Source: Hormiphora californensis
Lineage: Eukaryota; Animalia; Ctenophora
Assembly (NCBI GenBank): GCA_020137815.1
Contig: CM035352.1
Location: 6,572,001-6,636,000, forward strand
Direction of reading: 5' to 3'
Length of the DNA: 64,000 bases
Shown: positions 12,901 through 23,398 of the stretch, in pieces
How positions within the stretch are numbered: position 1 is the first letter of the stretch
Layout: every line of letters begins with the position of its first letter
Notes under the pieces: generated by a model
Databases searched by the model: none
The model's input: only the letters and a program-made list of their open reading frames with translations
Told to the model about the DNA's origin: nothing
Program-made: the position numbers and the translations under genes

Positions 12901-12903
12901 TAA
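6966..12903 (+). CDS. Truncated tandem duplicate of the polycystin N-terminus; predicted ~685-aa secreted protein
   Basis: Ten GT-AG exons joined in phase 1: 6966-7020 (signal peptide), 7417-7563, 8893-9057, 9171-9326, 9467-9631 (sushi/CCP), 10228-10374, 10515-10679, 10795-10950, 11086-11250, 12167-12903. Exon lengths keep the frame and I saw no stop. Homology to the downstream gene ends at about 12875. Confidence 0.7.
7654..8590. mobile_element. Kolobok-like non-autonomous fold-back element
   Basis: TTAA|GGCCAGAGGGGG ... CCCCCTCTGGCC|TTAA; TTAA duplication with purine-purine termini; arms complementary over almost the whole 937 bp. Confidence 0.8.
8599..8770. mobile_element. Tc1/pogo-like MITE (CAGTCGGACCCCG family)
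   Basis: TA|CAGTCGGACCCCGATTTA ... TAAATCGGGGTCCGACTG|TA; further copies at 30643-30726 and 33022-33056. Confidence 0.85.
9655..10020 (+). pseudogene. Relic CRE-like reverse transcriptase fragment in an intron
   Basis: Broken frames give NAFNVLNHATAPVNIRHLYP and LLSSEGTTQGSNLAS, which resemble RT motifs. Confidence 0.7.
11366..11936. mobile_element. Intronic insertion with hairpins at both ends, flanked by a 15-bp direct repeat
   Basis: TATATCTGTTTGGTT at 11351-11365 and 11937-11951; terminal stems GTCACCCCTAT..ATAGGGGTGAC and CCCCTC..GAGGGG; absent from the paralogous intron 16060-16179. Confidence 0.6.
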
Positions 12904-13145
12904 CTTAACTCGAAGTTGGATAATTAAAACGGACGATTTTATTGTTCCATTATATCGACCAAAACGTAGAGGTTTTACGTCAGCCGACCCGAAACCGGAT
13001 TAAATTTGGCCACTCGCTGGTCTCGAGATTTCAAAATATTATGTCAGAATAATATTATGTCAAAATTATCATTTGGTCTTTTAGACCTTTTAATTACTTT
13101 TAATTACCCTTTTTATTACACGTAATAACATTTCGACCCCGATGA

Positions 13146-13640
13146 TAAAGTTCAAGAGCGCACCACATCCAAGACCGCACCACATCCAAGATTTTAATGT
13201 GTGAGAGGTCAGAGCGGAGAGAGTGAATTTTTAGAGATTTTAATATTATTCATTCTCCTGATTATATATTCACATCCTTTTTTGTTTGAAACCGTTTCTT
13301 GTAAAAGGATATGGCGGGGGCCAGGGTGGGGTCACAGGGTCAATGCACACAAAAGTCCTTACCCGACTTCGTGCAATTGGTCTCGTTACGCCACTCTGAA
13401 CCCTCGTCCAGTTTGGTCCGTGTGGTTCAGTTTTCATGATATTATGTTTAATCGCGGCTCAGTGCCACTACCTACCGTGGTAGCTTTGATTGAATGATAG
13501 ATTGAAGAGCATAACCCATCCAGAAGAAACCACATCCAAGAGCTTAGAGCGTACCACATCTAGAAGATACCACTCCAAGAGATACTTCTTGGAGTGGTAT
13601 CTTCTGGATAGGTTGCGCTCTTGGACGCTCTTGAACTTTA
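13146..13640. mobile_element. MITE with subterminal ACCACATCCAAGA repeats
   Basis: TAAAGTTCAAGAGCG ... CGCTCTTGAACTTTA inverted termini. Confidence 0.65.
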
Positions 13641-13723
13641 AATTTAAATGGTTAAAAGTGGCAAACAATTCTTCAAATCAATATTTTCTTGTACCTAGGT
13701 CTATAATGTAAATTGGATAAACT

Positions 13724-16700
13724 ATGACAAGTTTGTTACTGCTGGTACTGAACATTCTTACACTCGCATCCACTGCAGGTAAGATACTACCTTTTAACTG
13801 ACCATCAACATTATAATATAACCATCTCAACACTCGTGTCATGCAGACTTATTGCCCTAAACAAGAAACCTGGTATTCGTCCTTTTGGCATTGGTGAGAT
13901 CTTAAGACAAATAATTGGACACACTGTTATAGTCTCCCTGCAAAGACATTGCCCAAGCAGCTGACCCACTTCAGCTTGCCTCCGATCTCCAAGGGGGTAG
14001 AGAGGCAACGGTGCACAGCATATCCTAGTTTTTCTCGGATGATGGAACAGAGGGTGTTCTGTTAGCCGATATGCCACTAACGCATTCAATATTGAACCAT
14101 GCCACCGCCCCAGTAAACATCCGCCATCTCTATCCACCTTTATCTATACTCACTATCAACATCTATCGCATGCCTGCAAAACATTTTCAGTGGGTACAAT
14201 CCTTGCTCTTCGGAAATGGTGGGACGTTCTTTGCGAGACCGGACCTGGGCTAGATTACTTTCCAAACAGAGTTTAATCATTGCTCATCGTTAGACTAATA
14301 GTGTAACACCATGAAACGAACTAATGGCAACTACTTATATATAATGACAGTTATAGGGTATTTCTAAGGTGCTATGCCCCGCACCCCTCTTTTGGGCCTA
14401 GGCACTTGCCAGTGCTATGATATGCAATGCAGTAATGATCACAGTACATAATTACAGTTTGGAGGGAGGCAACATGCTCGGATGACCCATCCATCGACCC
14501 AGTGCCATGGGATCTAGCGGCGGTACCTCTCCGCTTCAGCACAGATGGATCTTCCTACCGCATGAACGCATACTTCTATCAGTCAGACGCCACATTGTTA
14601 GGTTTGTGATTAACTAGTTCAAGATTTGCAGAAAATAGCTAACATTATTTTTGTCGGTGTGCGGACTCTAGTGCTACACTCTAAGTCTAAAGAGGACTCT
14701 ATATCTAAATTTAGATTTAGATAAAGAGTCCAAATAATTCTAAACTCTAGGAGCCAGGAGGACTCTTTATCTAAAAAGTCTACACAGGGCGGACTCTTTA
14801 TCTAAAAAGTCTAAACAAAGTGGACTCTATATCTACATAAATCTAAATTAGATATAGAGACCGCCTTTCGGCGCGAACTCGAGATTTCGGCCGTTACGCC
14901 GGAAACGAGAGTTTGCTCTACCCCTATACTAATTTAGAAGTGTTAGGGCCGTTATTTGGGTTCGAGGTTAGGGTTAGGGTTAGTGTTAGGGTTAGGTTTT
15001 GGGTTGGGTTAGGATTTTAGACATATAGTCCGGGTTGGAGGATTTGGCGCCAAAATGTACTAGAGGACTCTATATCTGAAAATTCTACACAGGGCGGACT
15101 CTTTATCTAAAAAGTCTACACAGGGAGGACTCTTTATCTAAACTTTTTTCAAAATCTAACTGTAGATAAAGAGTCCGTTTTTAGATATAGAGTTCGCCTT
15201 GGATTTAGATAAAGAGTCCGTTAGCACTAGAGTCCGCCCACTGCACCGTTTTTGTCGTATGTACTAAAATTCAAAAGTTCACGTTTAAATCAAAATGTGC
15301 AATTTTCAACAATCAAACAAACAATTTAGGTACCATTAATATCAACAATACCGAAAATTCTTACTACCTGGCATTTTGTACTGATGAACAGGCCGACTTG
15401 TCGAGTGGAGAATTTACCAGGGATGCATACAACGACACGCCAAGCAGCGCCTCAGGACTGGATGGTAACTGGACTATGACCATGTCAGGTAGCTCCCCGC
15501 CCTAGATTACATGACTTTCAATAACCGAAAAGGACGGGTAATATCCTGTCACATGTCTATCTAAAATCGTCCATAACTTCCATAATTCTTCTTTTCTACA
15601 GATGTTGGGATATTGGTAGAGTTTGCTGACGAGATATTGATTGATCACAAGTATAATAAGAGTGCTGACAAAGCTGTCAATTGTAAGCAGCAGTGGTACG
15701 GAAAAGTAGCGTTTGTAGATTTCTGTGGAGATGGCGCTGCCAACTATTACCTGTCAGGTCAGTAAGAAGTGGGTTTGGTTATGAAGGCGTCCCTCCCGGT
15801 GGGCCAATAGGACGTGTTGATTACTCGGGGGGATGTGCTGATTTCTATCGAAATTGTTCGGCAAATGGTATGATTATGATGAATCTTTTTATAGGTTGCG
15901 ATCCTATTGTGAACGCTGTTAATACGGTGGAGACTGCCCTATCCGAAGAAGAGACGATAATCTGTAATGATGGATATGTAAGGATTGGACCATCCGTCAT
16001 GACCTGCCAAGTGAATGGAACTTGGAACGAAACTACCCTAGCAGAGTGCCAGCAACTGAGTAAGTTGAAAATAATTCCACCCTGAATGGTTGAGCTACTA
16101 TTGTGCTATTGTGCTAGTAATAAATACATAGTTAAAAAGGTTACAGACTTCAGAACTTGATACAATTCTTTAATTTCAGGTTATAGCTGGACCTGTAGCT
16201 CAACTCCGTCTGACGCAGTCGCCTGGCAGTCCCAGTTTGGATTAGACTGCGATCTGGAGCTCAATGGTGTCTCATGCGATGGGTGCAGTGGCGATATTTG
16301 CGCCTACTGCCCAGACGAATTCATCTTTGAAGCCTGCCTGGCGAGTGATTGTTCTATCAAAGTCCCACTTAGTCCCACGAAAGAATCCTCCCTAAATGTC
16401 CATCTTCCTGTTGGGGATCCAGATAATGGTTTCGGGATCACAATTGCTGTTACGATGCAAATATTAGATAAGGTTTACACATCCACCAGTTTTGGTGTAA
16501 CATCCCGGCAGTACTCTGGAGCACAACCCTCTTTGAGTTCAATTGAAACGCAAATGGATAATGGGGACAGCTTCGAGGGGCTGCAGGCTCTTCTTGCTTT
16601 TGTATCCTCCGTCAGTGACTTGAATGGCTTAGAGGAAAGTATATTGGACATACTTGAGGGAGTTTCTCTCTCCAACAACCACTCCTCTATCCAAATCTTA

Positions 16701-19700
16701 TCGGTTTTGGACGAACTTTCTATGAATTCAGCAGCTGATACCGTCCATGATCGAGTTCTCCATCTTGTCGTGTCAGCATACGATGTGTGCAGTTCCAACT
16801 CGCCAGTTCACTATGTTGGCTGTAAAACTCTAATGACAGACACAATGTGGAATATGTGGAATCAAAGTATCATCACTTGTGTCAGGAATTGTGAAGGTGG
16901 ACTTGTATTTCCCTTCACTGATGTTGAGTTCGTGACTTCGGTTCGGCCCAGTTTTGTTGACGACTTTGAGTGGAGGGTGGAATGTGATGGCCTCGGAAAC
17001 GTAACAAGCAATCTCACGAGCTACCCTAATAAGGTCAATCTGAGATTTGACCCGATTACATTGGAGAACACCACATGTGACGTTCACCTAGTCTTCAACG
17101 TTAGTGGACATTTATTTTTGGACAGTTTCGAACTGAATATAATATCAACTCCAATCTACACGATGCCTTGTTCCTCAACCCCCTCCGCAGCCTCTGCGTG
17201 GACTGAACAGTTTCAAATTTCCTGCAACATCCAAGTGAACGGGGATGATTGTATTGGATGTACTGGTGATACTTGTAATTTGTGTCCGACTAGTATAGAG
17301 TACAAGGCATGCTTAAACAGTGACTGTTCAATCTCAGTTCCACTAAACGCGACTGCTGGCACGAATTCACCCCTCACTGTCGACCTTCCCTCCGGGTCCC
17401 TGGAGAACGATTTCAACATCACGATAGAAGTTTCGGCTGAAGTATCAGGGGTGATTGTCTCTTCAACTTCATTTCAAGTTACGGCTTATCCACATTCGGG
17501 GGAGCAACCCCCTCTGCAGTCAGTGGAGGATCTCATTGAAGGTGGTGATACTTTCGAGGGACTTCAGAGACTTCACACATTAGTCACCTCCCTGAGTTTC
17601 ATGAACAGCACTACCATTGAGGACGTTTTGGCGATCATAGAAAATATTCCTCTCTCTGAAAGCCGCTCCTCCGTCGAAATATTAGCCATTTTGCATTCAC
17701 TAACTTCCCAAACTGCAGTTGTTAAAGTGTCCAGTCGTGTAAGCGACTTAGCTACAGAAGCTTATGCGGCAAGTGGTGAAAACTCCCAACACTACGCAGA
17801 GGAGTGTTCTCTCCTAACTTGGGCTGTCATGGAAAATCTTTTGAAGGTAGGGATTCCGGAAGGTTCCGCCTCTGGAGTCGAAGAAGCTGCTCCAATCTCA
17901 GCTGACCAGGAGTACTACAACATGTATGTTGACTTTGATTTCGCAGCAGAGATGGAGGAAGCAGAGAATGAGATGGCAAGTGAAAATTTGTGTGAGGCAA
18001 TTCGACAGTTGGAAATCTCAGCGGTGGAAGCGCAAAAACCAAACGCTGCAGTGGGACAGGTTTCAAATATGAGCTCCTCGGTCATTTCGTTTAGTCTGAC
18101 TTTAAAGCACAAAGATGAGGTTGGGGATGAGCCTATGACGAAGCTAGGGGACGGATCAGTCAGCATTCCTAGGATAACATTTGACAGTGTCGGAATATTT
18201 GACGAACCAGTGATGTATTCTTATTTTCGGCTGGACGACAACCCATGTCAAGGAATGGAAAATGCGAACAGAATCACATCTTCCATAGTCGGTGTCAATG
18301 TCACTTATGTTGAATCCGATACTACTATTGAAGGTGGAGCGAAAAAGAGAAGTTTGGATCTTGCAGAGAGTTCAGTAGTACGGGCTGAGAATGACAAAAT
18401 GGATGGAGCGGTCGAAGTCCTCATCAACCCTAGTTTTCCAATTTCATTGAACTCATTCACACTCGACCCAAATAAAACCAACCAATATTTCAAGGTAAAG
18501 ATCGCCTCTGGATCCGATATGGTCATGGTTATTCAAATTCAGGCAGAAGGTGATGTGGAGTTGCGGATGAAATACAAATCTTTCCCATCATCTGAGGACC
18601 TACTCGGAGTATTTCCTGATAGTGACCTAAGAGATAAAAAGACTGACAAATTGGAAGAACTCGAGTTTTCATACTGGGATTTCGGTTCCACTGACAGTGT
18701 GCTAGTTCCCTCCCAAGGAGAGGGTACCTACTACTTTAAAGTCCTCTCAAATGACACAAACACATTCTCTCTGACAGTCCTCACAACAGCCTGCTTAGAG
18801 TGGACTGCCAGTGGGTGGTCTCTTGAAACAGGGAATGTTGGTATTTTAACCAACTCTACAGCCACGCATTGCTACTACCCCTGGGCCCGGCTACTTCGCT
18901 GCAGATATCCGGTGGTGGACAGTGGAGGAGTACATCGAGCCGATAATTCCCGTCTACATCGTCAACAAGAATGATGCGTATCTGTGGTCTCCGGTCGTTT
19001 TGATTCTAGTGATGTTTGTCTCCATTTATCTGTTGGTGCGGCGGCTGGATAAGCGTGATCAGGTTAGTCGGTCAACCCTGTACCGTCTCACTGAGAATGA
19101 GACCGATTACTCCTATACCGTAGATGTGTGCACGGGCCTGCGGGTCGGGGGGTCTACAACCGCTGCGATACGAATTGAGCTTGTGGGCAGTAAAGGTAAA
19201 GTAACACTGGATATCAATCAAGGTGGCATTGAGCTGTTTGGAATTAACCAGACTTCAACATTCCTGTACCACTCTGACAAAGATATTGGAGAATTGGAAT
19301 ATATTAAGGTGTCAACTGATTGCTCTGGTAGCAGCCCCAATTGGTATCTAAAGGAGGTTCGGGTAAGAGATCACCGATATCACCGGTTTCCATTTAACGG
19401 ATGGCTGGGTGTCCAAGCAGAGATGTTTTCCTGTTCAATATACCCCTCTACAGAGCATTCTCGCCGCGGACTATTACAGTTTGTGACCAGTGCGATAACT
19501 GAATACCACTGTGTTCTCTCCGGGGTGCTGAAAACTAGGACCCTCCCTTCAAGAACATTCCTTCTCACCATGGCAACAACAAGGATTCTCTCCGTTTTAT
19601 GTTTTAGTTTGGTTTCCCAAGATTGGCTCATCTTGTCTCTTCTAGCAATCTCCCCGCTTCCCGTCTTACTTCTTCTCGAGTGGATGGTCCAGCAGCTTGT

Positions 19701-21903
19701 TTATAACAGAAGTCACAATGACCACATTGAAGCCTATTCACCTAAAGAGCAGCCAATGTGGCCCAGAAAGTTCCATAATTCCTGCCTTGAAGTTATGCTT
19801 ACCAATTTGCCTGGTGTTTTCATGGTAATACTTCTTGCGGTATACCCAGGGCTAGCATACACCAGCCGCGATGTAGATGGTCAGGCTGTGCTGATTCGTT
19901 TTGTCGTCATTCTCGCAGGACTACTGTTTGTTGAGCAGCCCATAGTCAGCTGGATACGGTGCTACCTGATCCGGTCAACTGACTTTCTCGATCACACACA
20001 AAACTTCGAGAAGAAAGTGGAAGATCACCACCTCACCAACTCTGCTTCCCAACCAACATGTCTGTTGGATGAAATGCTCCAAAGTATTGAGAAATGGAGT
20101 GGAATGGTCCGGAAAGAACGGAAAAATCAACAAGTATTCATCAGGCTGATAATGTATGTCCTATTCATTGGAATTGTAGTGGCGTTCGCGAAACAAGACA
20201 GGAACGTCAATTGTTATTATCTCAACACCTCCTTGAAGTCCCTGTTTACTAAGTCTGCCAAGTTCGAATCAATTGAAACTGTTGAAGAATACTGGAAATA
20301 TCTTCAGGACAACTTTACAGAAACGCTCTCCGATGACGCATTTTACGAGAACACCGGTACTATTGCTCCTTCAGAAAACTATCTATCGGATGGTACAAAC
20401 ATCATTATCTCCATAGCACGGTTGAGGCAGATACGGATCGAGCATCAGAATTGTACCACCACAAACGTAACAGACCCCTTCGTTAGCTGCTGGCCACCCT
20501 ACAGAGACGGTTTAGAAAACAAAGCAAATTACAGTACTAGTTGGGAAGATCATTCTCCACTACCTGCAAATGCCCGGTTTCCCACAATCCGATATAGGTC
20601 CTATTGGGCTTGGGAGGACGGGGAGCATTCCTTCCGAACCCACGGCACCCTAACTAGCTATCCTGTCAGTGGCTACACAGTCCCTCTAGCCAATACACCC
20701 CGGAACGCCAAGGCCCAGATGGAATACCTTCAGAATGATGGGTGGATAGACAGGAACACTCGGGCAGTGTTGGTTGAACTGACCGTGTACAACCCATCAA
20801 CTGGGCTCATGTGTTCCGTTAAATTATTGGCAGAGTTTCTACCGACGGGGAACATTGTCACTTCATCCTATTTCCACTCCGTCAACTTCTTCCTTTACTC
20901 CCAACCAATGTCGATTGGAAAAACCAAAGTGGAGATCTCATACCTGGTCTTCCTGACGATCCTCACTGTCTACAATATGTACCAGTTTATCAGTGGGAAA
21001 ACTAAGGGCACTAAAGTTTGGAGGGGGTTTTGGAGTCTTCTAGATCTGGGTATCATGTTGATCGGATGGACGGCTGTGGTGCTATACCTCATCAGGCAGG
21101 AAGTTCTCCAGGCAGCGATTGCAGAGTTTAATGACACGCCCTATTATTATACAGATTTCCAATCCGCAGCAGAGTTTGATGTCCTTTTTGCAGATTGTCT
21201 GGGTGGATTGATGTTCCTTTTCACTATTAAGATAATCGACCTGTTTCTGGTAAATATGAGAATTCGTGTCCTGACCATTATAACCCGCCGATCTCTTGTC
21301 TCTCTGGCAAGTCTTGGCGTTCCCTTCTTCATTCTCTTCGCTACGTTTACCCAAATATTCCGGCTGCTATTTGGCTCCAATCTCCGTACCTTCTCCCTCT
21401 GGGGCCTCTCCCTGGGCAGCACATTTGGATTTGTGTTGGGCGAGGTGAACTGGGCGGAGATGAGGGACACTCACCCCATCCTGGCACCTATCTTTGGGTT
21501 CCTCCTTGGTATCGGTAGCGTGGTATACTTTGTAAATCTGTTTGCTGTTATTGTGTGTCACGAGATGGCCGAGGTGAGCAGTGGTCCCCCCGCCACGGAT
21601 AAGGAGAGTTTCCCCATATTCACTTACTTGGGGAAACTCCTCGGGGATTTCCTAACTTTTGTGTGTCCCGGGGCCGGTGAAATAGCACGTTGGTGGGGTG
21701 TCCACTGGAAGAAGCACCAGAAGGAAAAGTATGCAGTTGGGGAGGGTCATACAACGAGGAATCCATACTTGGTTGAGAGTGAGAGAAGAGTAAAGGAACA
21801 AGAGGAAAATATTGAAAAGTTGAATAAAATGATTGATATTGTGGATGTGAGGGTAACTAAACTTGTTAATCTGATTTTGGAACGCCGTCAAATTAAGCAA
21901 TGA
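13724..21903 (+). CDS. PKD1-like polycystin (signal peptide, ctenophore-type domain, sushi, REJ-like repeats, GAIN/GPS, PLAT/LH2, polycystin channel)
   Basis: Exons 13724-13778, 14458-14601, 15330-15488, 15602-15757, 15895-16059, then one 5.7-kb exon 16180-21903. PLAT motifs YTVDVCTG..GGSTTA and SPNWYLKEV..FPFNGWL; TOP domain ARLRQIR and WIDRNTRAVLVELTVYNP. One extra base at about CCCC 18878-18881 splits the ORF into the 839-aa and 993-aa track entries. Confidence 0.9.
13830..14250 (+). pseudogene. Relic CRE-like RT fragment in polycystin intron 1
   Basis: CRLIALNKKPGIRPFGIGEILRQII and LNHATAPVNIRHLYPPLSILTINIYR; overlaps in sequence with the 9655-10020 relic. Confidence 0.75.
14655..15248. 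mobile_element. TIR element with GGACTCTTTATCTAAA subterminal arrays and an internal TTAGGG-like tract
   Basis: CGGTG..GCGGACTCTAGTGCTA / TAGCACTAGAGTCCGC..CACCG; flanking duplication TTTTTGT(C), 7-8 bp; telomere-like tract about 14967-15012; absent from the paralogous introns. Confidence 0.8.
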
Positions 21904-23398
21904 TTTCAACACTGTGAACACATGAGTCATGACAAGCTCTCTATTTTGTATCTTTTTAATTAATTTATTCTACCTAAATTATAATATATTTTTTCAAGCT
22001 CAGCTGTTGTCTTTTACTCCGTGTTTCTTGTTTTCAAGATCCAGTTCCATAATTATAGCCGTCTACAGTTCTAACCCACTCTTGTATTTAGAATGGTTGA
22101 TGGTAGATTCTACGTGTGGAAAATGTGGAAACTGTCAACAGATGTGGTTTCCCTTAGCTGAGCTTTCTCTCTTGATCTTGCGGCCTGCCCTTTCTCTGGC
22201 CCGGGGTTTATTCACGATTCTTTTTCTCTTGGTCTCTTGGTTTTTATCTCTCCTGTTCAGCGGTCATCGTCTATTACAAATATTGTAAATGAGGGTTGAA
22301 ACATAACAAGGTCTTTCCCTTTCCTCTACCCACTCCAGTCCGTCAGTTTGTCAAAAACCCTACTCATTATTGTGCTGGCAGGCGCTGTCTAGAGCACACA
22401 CACTCATGATTGGGTGAGCCAGACAGTGTCGGTGCAAGTCACCGGGCTCATGCAAGGGAACACACTTCCCGGGTTACTAGCGGTCCGGAAACACCAGATA
22501 CCTTTAATGAGGGTATATAATAGTCCAAGTATGAAGTTTCATAAGCTAATCTTGCAAACTTTTTCCTGGGTGAATCCCAACGCTTGTAAAGATCCAAAAT
22601 GAACACCGTGTATGTGCATAAGCGTAAGGCGCGGGGCGTCTTTTCTGGTAAAAGAACCGCGCGCAAGCTTCTCTGAGACTGCAAGTGTGACAGAAAGGTT
22701 TGCAAAATGCGCGTTTTCGCCACTACGAAGCGCAATTTGCGCCAATTTTCATTTTATTGAGCTCATTTGAAAGATTTCAATGTCTTCTTTACAATGAACC
22801 CAAGATTTTGCAAATTGGTCAAAAAATGGCTGAGTTATAGCCAAAACTTCTCAGGAAACGGCAGGCATGTAGGGGAAGTTTTGAAAGTGGTAGGGGATTT
22901 TTTTGGTCACGTGATATGGCATACACTGACTTTTCCATTGAAAATTTTTCGGTTTTTAGGCCAAAAAGTCATAGTTTTTGTCTAATCATGAAAAGTACTG
23001 GGGCCAGTTTCTGAAAAGTACTGGGGCCATGGCGTACCCTGCCCCCTTCCCCTACATGCGTGGGAAACGGGTCAACCTTTTGTATTTAGAAATGCATATA
23101 ATAACTTCATGTGGTTTATAAGTTGAACTAAAATTAATTACATGTCAACCCGTTTCAAATAACAAAAAGGGTAATTTTGAACACACTCTTTCAGTTTCAC
23201 AATTATTAATTGAATTAAAGTATTGGCATAAAATCAGTCCACGATTCAAAACCAGATCCTAAACTAAAACAATGGTAATTATTTGCACATCCTGGAAACC
23301 AGTTCCTAAATCTTCATTATCTACAGTAGAAATGTAGTTATATTTATAACGGAGAAGGATAGAAAACTAGAAAACCCTGTCGTTAGGGAACTGTCAAA

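Noticed and set aside
14967-15012. Interstitial telomere or chromosome fusion scar (also 5625-5657)
   Set aside because: Short, degenerate and enclosed within TIR elements.
21990-22270. Possible decayed bZIP-like gene on the minus strand (KNRE...AARSREKAQLRE after an acceptor and ATG)
   Set aside because: Needs several frameshifts and stops to assemble; not supportable without a search.
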